Positions 52,632 to 64,000 of a stretch of DNA of 64,000 bases are shown here, one piece after another. Source of the stretch: Octopus sinensis (lineage: Eukaryota); NCBI RefSeq assembly GCF_006345805.1, contig NC_043020.1:3720001-3784000 (forward strand), in the 5' to 3' direction. Every line of letters starts with the position of its first letter. Within the stretch, counting starts at the first letter, position 1. The notes beneath the pieces are model-generated. The model ran no database searches, was not told the DNA's origin, and saw nothing but the letters and a program-made list of their open reading frames with translations. The position numbers were made by a program, and so were the translations under genes.

Positions 52632-53649
52632 GCCCACCATCTGTTTGGATCTGTGGCCTATCATCACCCCCTCCATATTCTCCTGTTTATCCCCCCCTCC
52701 TTATTTTTTTCTTTCTTTCTTATATACTTTTTCCCAATGTTATAAAAATATTTTTTAAACATAGCAACTGTATCTCGGTGAATATTTATCTGTACATAGC
52801 AAAGGAGTTTACAACTATTTGACAGACAATGCTTACAGCATTATTCTAGTCTTGAACAAATGTTATTTTGAAATCAAACCAAATTCAAATTAACTTTCCT
52901 CTCCATTTGGTACTCCCCAAAAAATCTTTTGTTTTGCTCTTCTTTCAATTCCATTTAAGTTTTTATAAAACTTTTATAAAATATTGATTTCAAATTTAGC
53001 ACAAAGCCAGCAGTTTTGAGGGAGATGTTAAGTCAATTATATCGACCCCAGTATTCAACTGGTACTTATTTTATCAACCCCAAAATAATGAAAGGCAAAG
53101 TTGACCATGGAGCAATTTGAACTCGGTAAAATATTAAGAAACTATTATGGTGGTACGTTTCTGAATGACAGCCTCTTCCTCATTGCTGGTGTACTTGCGG
53201 TCAGATAATTCAAATATTTGATGCTTTTTTATTCTGTACTCATAAATATTCATTTAGAATTTTCACCTAAATGTACTTACTATGTAAAATATTTACCAAT
53301 AAATAACTAGTATACAAATATTAACCTGAGGATTGTTGAGGAAACAAGAAAGTACTGTTGCAGAGATATATAAATGAAACCGAAACTGTGAAAAATTGAG
53401 TGTGTTGGTGTATGATTGAGGAATAAAGGAACATGTTCACACACACACACACACACACATATCTCAATACATATATATATATACATATATATATATACAT
53501 ACAGATACACACATATATACATACATATATAATTATGACAAATTTGTAATGCTTTTATAATTAATACTATTTGCTTTGCATTAGTAAAGAATAAAATAGT
53601 AAGTATCCTGATAACCTGGAATAATTATTATTCCCTATGTTTTTTTAAA

Positions 53650-53725
53650 AAATACTCATACATACACACACATATATATATGCATATATACATATATTTA
53701 TATATACATACACATATATAAAGAC

Positions 53726-53776
<51 letters not shown>

Positions 53777-53871
53777 TATGTATATGCACATATATATACA
53801 CACATACATTTATACACACACACACATATATATACGCACATATATATATATATATATATACACACATATTT

Positions 53872-53952
<81 letters not shown>

Positions 53953-53985
53953 TCATATCTATTCAAGTACACACATACACCATAC
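53650..53985. repeat. (TA)n/(CA)n microsatellite block
   Basis: Direct reading. Confidence 0.9.
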
Positions 53986-54100
53986 ACATATCGCTTTCTC
54001 TGATTTGACAATTTTTTTTTCATATTTTTGTCTTTTTTTTAAAAATAATTTTTGCTTTTTTACTTTTCTTCTTTCTTTATAATCCATCCTTACTCTCCGT

Positions 54101-54106
54101 TTTATT
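54101..54106 (-). terminator. candidate polyadenylation signal of the SLC20 gene
   Basis: AATAAA on the minus strand about 30 nt after the stop codon. The context is AT-rich, so this is weak. Confidence 0.3.
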
Positions 54107-54137
54107 CAACTATTTTTTACTTTTCTTCTCCCCATTT

Positions 54138-54381
54138 TCAAAACGAAACATGAGTAATGAAAATGTACATTATCAAGGCACTAAGTAACCCTGAGGCAGG
54201 CAAGGTACCGATCCAAGCTAGAACAATGTTGCGAAATAGCGACCAGTCCACATTCTCTTTGGAACGAACCCTTCCCACGAACACTACAGAACCAACTTTG
54301 CAGTGAGTCGTACTGATTGGTATACCAATGTTGGAGGCAACAAGCACTGTTAGGGCAGATCCAATTTCAATGCAGAAGCCA
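54138..54381 (-). CDS. SLC20A: SLC20/PiT terminal coding exon
   Basis: Acceptor tcttttcag|, encodes (S)[80 protein letters not shown]-stop. Contains the PISTTH family motif. Confidence 0.96.
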
Positions 54382-54419
54382 CTGAAAAGAGAAAAAAGAA
54401 CATGTATGAGGAATTACAA

Positions 54420-54449
<30 letters not shown>

Positions 54450-54451
<2 letters not shown>

Positions 54452-56310
54452 CATCATCATCATCGCTATCCATGCTAGCATGGGTTGGACGATTTGACTG
54501 AGGTCTGGCGAACCAGATGGCTGCACCAGACTCCAATATTGATCTGGCAGAGTTTCTACAGCTGGATGCCCTTCCTAACGCCCACCACTCTGAGAGTGTA
54601 GCGGGTGCATTTACGTGCCACTGACATGAGGGCCAGTTAGGTGGTACTGGCAATGGCCACGCTCAAATGGAGCTTTTTATGTGCCACCTGCACAGGAGCC
54701 AGTCCTGCGGCACTGGCAACGACCTTGCTCGAATGGTTTTTCACATGCCACCAGTACAAGTGCTAGTAAGGCAACGCAGGTAACGATCACGCTTGAATGG
54801 CCCAACGTTCGAAGGTCATGCTTCACCACCTCATCCTAAGTCTTCCTGGGTCTACCTCCTCCACAGGTTCCTTCAACTGCTAGGGTGTGGCACTTTTTCA
54901 CACAGCTGTCCTCATCCATTCTCACCACATGACCATACCAGCACAAACGTCTCTCTTGCACACCACAACTGATGCTTCTTAGATCCAACTTTTCTCTCAA
55001 GGTACTTACACTCTGTCGAGTATGCACACTGACATTACACATCCATCGGAGCATGCTGGCTTCATTCCTTACGAGCTTATGCATGTTCTCAGCAGTCATG
55101 GCCCATGTTTCACTGCCATGTAGCATGGCTGTTCGAACACATGCGTCATACAGTCTACCTATTACTCTGAGTAAGAGGCCCTTTGTCACCAGCAGAGGTA
55201 AGAGCTCTCTGAACTTAGCCAAGCTATTCTTATTCTAGCAGCTACACTTTCAGCGCACCCTCCCCCTGCTACTGACTTGGTCACCTAGGTAATGGAAGCT
55301 ATCAACTACTTCTAGTTTTTCTCTGTGGAATGTGGCAGAAGATGTTCTCTGCATATTTTCAGTGTTTACTGCACCCGAGCATCTGCCACATACAAAAGCT
55401 ATCCTCCCAGTTAGCCTTCCTTTGATATTGCTGCACCTCTTATGTATCCATAGCTTACACTGGGTACATCTTATAGAGTTTCTACCTATGCCTCTACTAC
55501 AGATCGAGCAGGGCCATCTACCTGAAGGGATTTGTAGTTTGTCTGCCTTCCTACTTATTAGGACTTTGGTTTCAGCTAGGTTGACTCTAAGGCCCTTCGA
55601 TTCTAATCCTTGTTTCCACACCTGAAACTTCTCCTCCAGTTCTGATAGTGACTCAGCAATTAGAGCAAGGTCAACAGCATAGAGGAGCTCCCAGGGGCAT
55701 CCTGTCTTGAATTCCTCCGTTATTGCCTGGAGGACTATGATAAATAGGAGGGGGCTGAGGACTGGACCTTGGTGGACCCCTACCTCTACCCTGAATTCTT
55801 CAGTGTACTCGTTGCCAACCCTCACCTTACTTACAGCGTCCCTGTACATGGCTTGCACAGCTCTCACTAACCATTCATCTATCCTAGTTACCTCATTGAC
55901 CACCAGATAAGGGATCGAGAGACCCTGTCAAAGGCTTTCTCCATGTCAATGAAAGCCAGGCACAGGGGCTTATCTTTGGCTAGGTATTTCTCAGTGGTGC
56001 TTTTCCCTGGCACGAAACCAAACTGCATCTCATCCAAGCTGACTCTCTCCCTAATCAGTTGGGCTATGACCCTCTCCGTAACCTTCATTACCTGATCCAA
56101 CAGTTTGATACCTCTGTAATTATTTATATCTAAAGCGTCACCTTTACCTTTGTAGCAGTTGACTATTATGCTGCTACACCAGTCATTGGGTATGACTCCT
56201 TCGTGTATCAACTGGTTAACTATACAGGTGATGAGGCTATAGCCCATACCAACCCAAAACACAAGCCACTACAATTGGTGAACCCAAGGTAATTCTTCAT
56301 GTTCCATAGC
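54450..56310 (-). mobile_element. 5'-truncated RTE-clade LINE (RT with internal PHD finger, long 3' UTR, (GAT)n tail) in the last SLC20 intron
   Basis: ORFs 55888-56262, 55250-55903 and 54836-55222 give RT motifs (NYRGIKLL, QFGFVPG, DMEKAFDRV, GVHQGPVLSPLLF, YAVD for YADD) and the RTE C-terminus (LLRWYGHV-like, GRPRKT). It has a frameshift and an in-frame deletion after GKSTT, so it is inactive. Confidence 0.92.
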
Positions 56311-56397
56311 CGTTACAGGGAGAGAGAGAGAGAGAGGGGGGGAGAGAGAGAGAGATTGAAATGCTCATGAGAAGAGTGGAAATATCAATATTTATGT

Positions 56398-56432
<35 letters not shown>

Positions 56433-56621
56433 GAAGCAACAGACTTCCATACAGTTTCTATCTACTGATTCCTCTCACAAGACTCAACCCAAAGATGAAA
56501 TACTGGGAGAGAGAGAAAGAGACAGTCTAAAACCACAGGATTATGAAGTAAGTTCCATAGACACCCAGCCATGCTTGTATCTAAAATAGATGAAATATCT
56601 TTAAAAACTAATTTTACAAAC

Positions 56622-56807
56622 CTGGAAGGTGTTATTTTTGTTAAATCTTCACCCATCGTTTTAATCACTCGGCGACCCCAAATCCAAAGTCCAAGGGAAA
56701 TTCCACAGCCACCATAAAACAGAATCCAAAGAGGGGTCGGTGCTGCTTGCAATACACTCCTATCTCGTGCTATTATCCATAAGGCAACAATTGGGCCAAT
56801 GGCATTG
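56622..56807 (-). CDS. SLC20A: SLC20/PiT transmembrane exon
   Basis: 186 bp encoding (S)[61 protein letters not shown]. Acceptor ttattccag|, donor |gtttgt. Confidence 0.95.
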
Positions 56808-57240
56808 CTGGAATAAGAAACGGATCATCAGTAAAGTAATAAAGTCAATGCAAATCAATGAAGGATCCTCTACACGGTTGCTTGATATGCTAGTTATGAT
56901 AGCCAAATCTCCCTTAACCCCTTAGCATTTAATTCGGCCACAATGTTCTTCCTGTTTTATTTTCAAACTGGCCTCTCACACCGACCCTGTAACGTCATTG
57001 TAAAAATAAATAATCACATCTCAAAGTTATGAGATAATCTAGGATTAATTCAAAGAGTTAAACTGAGCCGTTCAGTCTTAAAAAAATTGAGACACAATGT
57101 TCCAGGGATCTCACTGCAATTTGGACAGAACAAACAACACCAAGACTTTTTACTGGTAGAAACAGCATCAATGCTTTCATCTCTTGCCAATACGCATCAG
57201 TAAAGTTACACACACGCAACCTTTGTCTATATGGCTTTAA

Positions 57241-57827
57241 CCCTTTAATATTTAATCTGCCAGTTTCTACCATGTTTTATGCTAAAACTGACCAGATTTA
57301 ACCTCTCACACCTACAATGTCATTTTAAAAATATACAAACACACCACTGAAATTTCAAAGCTTTGAGAAAATGCATGATTAATCTCTCTATATATAAACG
57401 GCAGTTTGTCTGTGTGTGTGTCTGTGTCTCTGTTTGCTTGTACCCTCACCCTGACCACGGCTTTCAACCGATTCTGATGAAACTTGACACACACATAACC
57501 CAATGTCATAATTCAAAACTAACGCAGCGAAAATTTTGAAAAGTTCCCCCAGTTCTGAAAAATATCGATAAATTCGACATGGGGTCGAGAATCAGAAACA
57601 CAAACCAAAAACTGTCTAGGGGACGCAACTCGACCTTTTTTACTCTAAAAAAAAAATTACCATCATTTTTTTCCCATTTTTTTGCTATTTTTTGGCTATA
57701 ACTCTCTAAAAATGCTTTATAGTTATTTCCCTTACAAACCCGAGCAACGCCGGGCGATACTGCTAGTTCAAAATAATATGATTAGATAAGTAATCATATT
57801 TGACGAAGAAATTTGAATGCCAAAGGG
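57241..57827. mobile_element. piggyBac-like MITE (TTAA TSD, CCCTTT termini) hosting the Helitron
   Basis: TTAA-CCCTTT at 57237 and AAAGGG-TTAA ending 57831. Related copies or fragments lie near 2478-2660, 44930-45093 and 56914-57060. Confidence 0.75.
57383..57766 (+). mobile_element. non-autonomous Helitron (384 bp)
   Basis: 5' TC terminus, subterminal hairpin CCCG-AGCAACGC-CGGG at 57739-57754, 3' CTAG, inserted between A and T with no TSD. Confidence 0.85.
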
Positions 57828-57996
57828 TTAATCTCCAAAATCTCACTCCTTGGTTGATTCAAGGCTATGGTAGGAGACACTTGCCCAAGGTGCTGTGCAG
57901 TGAATGAAACCTGGAACCAGGTTTGAGAAGCAAACTTCTTCATCATTCAGCTTTGTTCTTCCTCCCACACAATGCGAAAATAAAAACGATGCTTAC

Positions 57997-58112
57997 CTTA
58001 CATCATTGCCGCCGTGAGCAAAAGAGCCGAAAACAGCAGTAAGAATTTGTAGGAAAGAAAAGAGTTGAACAGTTTCAGGAGAATCTTGTACAAGCTGACG
58101 AGCTTTTATTTT
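57997..58112 (-). CDS. SLC20A: SLC20/PiT exon with C-terminal signature HGGNDV
   Basis: 116 bp encoding [38 protein letters not shown] plus AG. Acceptor ttatttgcag|, donor |gtaagc. Confidence 0.95.
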
Positions 58113-58423
58113 CTGCAAATAAAAAAGATAAAAATCAAATAGAATCAATAAAATATTTATTGATTTATTTACCCGGAATGGCAAAGTGGTAAGAAGCTTG
58201 CTTCTCATCCACAAGGTTCCAGGTTCAGTAAATACAAACGAAATGATTAATTTGTCTGAATGTCTAATCACACTTAACACAACCCAGAAGCAATGCTGTT
58301 AACATTTCCCTGCAATAAACTGAGAAAATGATTTATTTTTTTATACAATTACTCTTTTACTTGTTTCAGTCATTTCAGTGTGTCCATGCTGGAGCACCAC
58401 TGAATCTAAATTTTGCTGAACTG

Positions 58424-58454
<31 letters not shown>

Positions 58455-59394
58455 CTACTTATTTACTAAAAATTACTACTTATTTACTTATCTTATATTT
58501 TATTAACTTCGCAACTTTTTAAGCAGAAAAATCTTCCAGAACAGTCAAATATCCAAAGAGATAAAGAAAAAATAATTTTGAGGTGAAAAAACCTTATTTA
58601 CTTTTTGTTATTAATGTTTACCAGAGAAAAATCAGCGTTCATCGAATAAAAATGAAAATGTTGTTGAGAGAGAGTGAGTGAAAAAGAAAGAGAATGAGAG
58701 TGTGTGTGCGTCTGTAGATAGAGAGAGAGAGAGAGAGCGTAAGAGAAAGAGAGAGACAGCGTTCATTAATAAAGTGCAAAGGTTTTTGTTAAGAGAGAGA
58801 GTTCTCATTGTTCTTACCCTGCTACTACCTTACTGCATTATTTTGGACAAACTTACAAACAAGCTTATTATTATAATAGATGCTGCAATGTTTAAAACAC
58901 TTAAATATAGAAATATTTGTATATAATCTTATCGCACTCTGTAGCTCAACTTTTCCAATATTTGGTATGTTGCCTTCATATGAGCAGTAATTACACATGT
59001 CCAAGTACTGGACTGACCAAAATGGTTGTTATGCTGTATGTTTGCATGCTATGGGACTCTTTCAGTTTCTTGCTACCAAATCCACTCACAAGGCCATGGT
59101 TGGCCTGGAGCTGTAATAGAAGATACTTGTCCAAGATTACGTATCTTAGGTACACCATATTGGGAAAAAAAATTAGGATAATCACAGCTGAAAATTCATC
59201 ATCATAGGTCTGGTCTGTTTCATTGGGGCCAACCTGGGATAAAAACTAACAACAATCCATTCTCAACCCATGAAACAAAATTGAGGATATCACTCCACAA
59301 CCCTGGTCTGAATTTTGATCCGGTTTCCTGGTGTTCTGATTCACTAAACTGCATCATATTTATTGCAATTTACAGAAAACAATGAGATAATTAC

Positions 59395-59444
59395 CTCCAC
59401 TTCACTCGTTGACAATGTTCTGGATCTTTTAGATGAATGGGAAG
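59395..59444 (-). CDS. SLC20A: SLC20/PiT probable 50-bp loop exon
   Basis: Acceptor ccatttcag|, encodes (A)SHSSKRSRTLSTSEVE, donor |gtaatt. Phase 1 in and phase 0 out bridge the flanking exons exactly. Confidence 0.6.
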
Positions 59445-60771
59445 CTGAAATGGATAAAACAATGCAATAATGAGAGGAGCGAAGTGAGGACGGAGGACAA
59501 TTTAAGAAAGATTAGATCCAATTACTTCTATACATATACAAATACACAAAGGAACTGACACCTCGTATCTGTTGGATAATTCCAGGGGTTTTCTATAACC
59601 ACACAAACTGGCCCCCATGCTGGTGGCGCGTAAAAAGTACCTACTACACTCTTGGAGTGGTTGGCGTTAGGAAGGGCATCTAGCTGTAGAAACATTGCCA
59701 GATCAGACTGGAGCCTGGTGCAGCCTTCTGGTTTGCCAGCCTTCAGTCAAAATCGTCCAACCCATGCTAGCATGGCAAGCGGATGTTAAACGATGATGAT
59801 GATGATGATGATGGTGCCAGTTGAGTACTGGGATCAATGTAATCAGTTGAATCCCTCCCCTAAAATATGAAACTATATCTGTACAATGACTACACAGTGC
59901 CGCCAACAGCTGTAGTCATGAAAGGGATTCAACCATTTCAATGAAAATTTAGAGAATGAAGGCTAATAATTCTAGCAGACATTTCCAAAGCTGCCAATAG
60001 ACCTTATAATATCATTGGGGACTGTTGACTTAATAAATTCTGGACCCAGGATTTACAGTTAGGATATTTTCAATGAAAGAGACTCAATAAAAACACAAGT
60101 TATATAACAACAACGATGATGATGATGATAACAACAAAAATAAAACTAATGATAATGATGATGATGATGGTTTCAAAATTTGGCACAAGGCCAGCAAGTT
60201 AACCTCAACAGCATTTGAAAGCAGAATGTAAAACTGGCAGAAATGATACTAAGCATTTTGTCTGGTGTGTTAAAGATCTGCCACCTTGCCCAACTTCTCC
60301 ATCAAATTTCGGCACAATGCCAGCAATTTCAGGAAAAGGAAACTAGTTGATTAAATTGACCCTAGTACTTTACTGACACTATATTTTTATTGATTCTGAA
60401 AGGATGAAAGGCAAGATTTGAACTCTGAACTTAAAGAGCCAGAAGACATACCACAAGGCATTTTTCTGATGCTCTACTGAGCCTGCCAGTCCACCAATAA
60501 TTTCTGACACTGGTGTAAAGCCTTACATTTTGTGGAGGATGAGAGTTGATTAAATCAGGCCAAATACTCGAGTGGCCTTTAATGTAGATTTGTGAATAGT
60601 AAAGACAACCAACTCAGAATATTAAGGTCTGTGACTAACACCACAAGGCATTTTAGCCAAAGCTCTAGTAATTCTGTCACTGCCATGGTGGTGATGATGA
60701 TGATGATGACAATATCAAAAAACAAAAATAAAAAAAAAAGTATAAAAAGAATTTTGAAGAATGCAAAATAC

Positions 60772-60874
60772 CTGGAGTTTCATTAGTCTCCCCATTTCCA
60801 TCTATCTTAATTAACAGAGATGCAGAACTACTCAAGTTCAGTACCTGGGTACTGGATACAGCTGGATCTAAAGT
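60772..60874 (-). CDS. SLC20A: SLC20/PiT phosphate transporter, probable intracellular-loop exon
   Basis: Minus-strand acceptor ctttatttgcag|, 103 bp encoding TLDPAVSSTQVLNLSSSASLLIKIDGNGETNETP plus 1 nt, donor |gtattt. Phase fits the 50-bp exon. Assigned by splice signals and phase only. Confidence 0.6.
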
Positions 60875-61428
60875 CTGCAAATAAAGAAAAGGAAAAAACA
60901 CCTATATCTCCTGATTGATTGAAAATCTTTTACCATTTTTCTGTTGAGATGCTCTGAGTTTTTTTCAATTAATTTTAAATGTAACAAAGAATTTAGTAAA
61001 ATAATTTAGTTATCATTCAGCTAGTGACTAAGGTTTGGCCAAAGATGTTAACTCAGAACTTTTGAAAACAAGACATTTGTACTACAGAGCCAGAGCCGGT
61101 TTCAGCCAGATTGGTATCAAAAGGGTTAAAGGAGAGAAATAAGTGTAGACTCCCTGCTGTTGGCATTTTATTGGAACATTCTCTCAATTACTCTGCTGAA
61201 TTGCGTCTAGTTCTCTACATAGTTTTTGGTTCACTGCTCTCCATAAATAATACTACACACACACACACACACATACAAACACATATATACATGTGCACAT
61301 GTATATATCTGTATGTGTGTGTGTGTGTGTGTATATTTTAAATGTACAGAAAACAAAGGTCAAAGACAGGTGATGGAACAACAAGCAGATATATTAGTTT
61401 GATGCTCAGGAAGGAAGAATGGAAAAGT

Positions 61429-61464
61429 CTTTGATGTTCCGAGCCTATGCTCTTCATCAGAAAG
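61429..61464 (-). ncRNA. degenerate minimal hammerhead motif
   Basis: CUUU-CUGAUGA-A-GAGC-AUAG-GCUC-GGAAC-AUC-AAAG. GAAA is mutated to GGAA. Confidence 0.5.
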
Positions 61465-61729
61465 GGATGAAAAGGAAAAATAGTGTGTCAGGATTAACAG
61501 TGTAACATGAAATGACCAGAAGAAAGAAGTCGAGTGAAGGGGAGATAACAGTGACCCGACTGAACTGGAGTGCACAAGCACTTATGTTTATATAAGAATA
61601 GTGCATGTGAGTGTGTATGTGTGAATGGGGGTGAGCGGATGTGTATGTATGTGTGGTGAGCTTAAGATTATATGAGCCTGGGTGTGCATATGGGAGCATG
61701 TACGTAATCCATTCATCTTTGCCCACTAT

Positions 61730-62030
61730 TCGTGGGAGGATTGTAGAGGCAGAGTCCTTGGGCATCTCCTTCAGATGTTCCCATCAGAAGCAACCATCAT
61801 TAGACTTTCTGGCTTGATTCCCAAGTGTGACATGTTGCAACTATGGATATTATCAAACCATCTTGCTTTTGGTCTACAGCTAAGTCACCTGCTGGTAAGC
61901 TTGGCTTGAAGAATCCATCTTGTGAGTCTTTCCTGTGGCATGCTACTCCCATGTCCATAGTACTGGAACTGGAACTGCTAAATGCAGAGAAGAAGCAGCT
62001 CAACAAGGAGAGATTCCCCAATCTCTGAGC
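61730..62030 (-). mobile_element. LINE ORF2 3' end fragment (RTE/L2-type)
   Basis: SSEIGESLLVELLLLCI*QFQFQYYGHGSSMPQERLTRWILQAK...ARWFDNIH...LGIKPESLMMVA. Confidence 0.65.
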
Positions 62031-62091
62031 TATACACCTTGTATTATATATATATATATATTTTTTTCCTCTCCTTGTTTTTTCTGTGTCC

Positions 62092-62127
62092 CTTTCTGTA
62101 GAAGAGCATAGGCTCGAAACATAAAAG
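62092..62127 (+). ncRNA. degenerate minimal hammerhead motif
   Basis: CUUU-CUGUAGA-A-GAGC-AUAG-GCUC-GAAAC-AUA-AAAG. The core CUGANGA is mutated. Confidence 0.5.
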
Positions 62128-62238
62128 ACTTTTTCTACTCCTGAGCGTTATACTAATGCATCTGTTTGTTTTGTACACCACCTGTCTTCGTCTTTTGTTT
62201 TTTTCGTAAACTTTCCCTATACATATATATATATATAT

Positions 62239-63493
62239 AAATAATGGAAACACCTTAAAATTTCAAACAAATTTATTTTAATATCGGGTAGGACCACCTT
62301 TGGTAGTAATTACAGCTTGAATTCTACGAGGTATGAACTTGTACAAAGTTTGAATTATTTCCAAAGGAAATAATTTAGCTGAATTCTTCAGCTAAAACAG
62401 TCTCCAGTTCTTGTAGTGATGATGGTGGAGGATATCAACTCCTTATATGTTTTTCTAAAATGCACCATTTCAATAATATTGAGATCTGGGGACTGTGGTG
62501 GCCAGATAAGATGTTCAACTTCACTAGAATGTTCCTCGTGCCATTCAGTAACAACTTTAGCTGTGTAAATTGGTACATTATCATCCTGAAAGATTGTACT
62601 TCCTCCTGGAAACAGTTCCACAACTATAGGGTGGATTTGATCAGATAAAATGCTTAAATAGTCTTGACTATTAATTCTGCCATGAAGGGAAACCATTGGG
62701 CCAGCAGATTTTCAAGATATAGCCCCACTCCACCCCATCACCACAGATCCTCCTCCATGTTTAACAGTTGGAACAGGGCAGTCTGGGTCAAATGCTTCTT
62801 TTGGCTGTCTCCACACATATACTCGGCCGGTGATTGGAAATAAGGTAAAAGATGACTCGTCTGAGAAAATAACATTCTTCCACTACTCAAGGGACCAATT
62901 CTGTAGGTTTTTACTCCACTCTAAACACCTTGCAACGTTTGTTTTTGAAAGTAGTGGTTTTCTGATTGCAGGCCTTCCATGAAATCCAGCTTTGTGCAGC
63001 TCCTGGGGAACAGTTTTTGTGGAAACTGGGTTCTCATGGTGGTCATTAAGCTGTGCAGTAATTTTGGGAGCTGTACTTTTGTGATCCTTCCTAACAATTC
63101 ATGTAAAACTCCGACGGCCCCTATCTGAAAGTTTTGGGTTTCTTCCAGAGTTCTGTTTCAATGAGGAGGTTTTCCTCTCTCTTTCTCAAAGGCTGTCATA
63201 ACTTTTGAGACAGTACTTCTTGATACCCCAAACATTTTGGCTGTTTTCTTTATGCTAGTGGCTGCCATACGAGCACCAACAATTTTACCTCTTTGAAAGT
63301 TCGATAAATCTGTCATTTTAATGAATTTTAATTACCCTTTTCTGATAATATCTGAAAAGAAATAGCAATTTTAGCAAAATATATTAAGCAACACTAATAA
63401 TAAATGAAAAAACATAAAATAAACAAGCTTCTGATGGTCTTATAGATATTTCAAAATCATGCCGGGTGTTTCCATTATTTTGTCCAACCCCTG
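62239..63493 (-). mobile_element. near full-length Tc1-like transposon (about 1.25 kb), inactive
   Basis: TA followed by TIR CAGGGGTTGGACAAAATAATGGAAACACC at 63493. The other TIR is partly replaced by (TA)n at 62239. ORF 62388-62696 carries the DDE domain. Same family as 6262-6848. Confidence 0.92.
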
Positions 63494-64000
63494 TATATAT
63501 ATATATATATATACATATATATGCAAACACACACACATATATATATACAAATACTAATTTATAATCAAGGGTAACAAATAGTACTAGCATTGCTAGAATT
63601 TTACTTTTATGGTTATTTTTATGCTTGCTAGTCACTTATATTATTATTATTTACTAATAATAACATCTTTATATATTTTTTATAATTTTACTCACTTCAC
63701 TCATCTTTTAATTTGCTGCTGCATTCAAATGGCCAATACATTCATGGCAACACGCATATCTTTATCACAGAGTTTGAAATCCTGTGATATGAGTACATTG
63801 GCAAATCTCGTGCGATTTTCACTTACTATTGGTAAGTTGACTTTTCTATTTATTTGTTTCTTTGAATTCACCAGTGTGTATAAGTGATAAATGTAGTTTT
63901 GAGTCGTTTTGACTCTTCTTTCTAGTAATACTGAACTCAAACCCATGTGGTTACAATGTGAGCTTCTTATCTATGGCAGCAGTCCGGATACTTCTTGGTC

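Noticed and set aside
59376-59470. Plus-strand exon-like frame ENNEIITSTSLVDNVLDLLDEWEAEMDKTMQ
   Set aside because: It is better explained as the antisense of the phase-compatible 50-bp SLC20 exon.
61800-62021. Minus-strand Ser-rich ORF as the next SLC20 exon
   Set aside because: The donor phase is incompatible, and another frame gives a LINE ORF2 C-terminus.
63725-63946. Overlapping ORFs near the window end as SLC20 or other exons
   Set aside because: No PiT motifs and no convincing acceptor/donor pair.

Overview
This is AT-rich eukaryotic DNA packed with microsatellites and repeats. The SINE and LINE families look like those of Octopus (recognised from memory, not database-checked). Two multi-exon genes converge tail-to-tail. 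(1) On the + strand is a strongly divergent Rab22/Rab31-like small GTPase: six coding exons at 13961-25450 splice in frame to 190 aa, the first coding exon was not found, switch I/II are rewritten, and the C-terminus is a single-Cys CaaX (CNLS). (2) On the - strand is the 3' part of an SLC20/PiT sodium-phosphate symporter: five exons at 60874-54138, with upstream exons not found in the window. The rest is transposon debris: RTE LINEs (with a PHD finger inside the RT), CR1-like, CRE-like, Penelope-like, a Gypsy LTR with a tRNA-Trp PBS, Tc1 (DD36E), mariner, maT, a Helitron, MITEs and SINEs. The most notable non-genic signals are a perfect palindrome with 169-bp arms just downstream of the Rab stop codon, six hammerhead-ribozyme-like motifs, and a cluster of RFX X-box-like palindromes between the two genes. 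All calls were made by eye; no searches were run.
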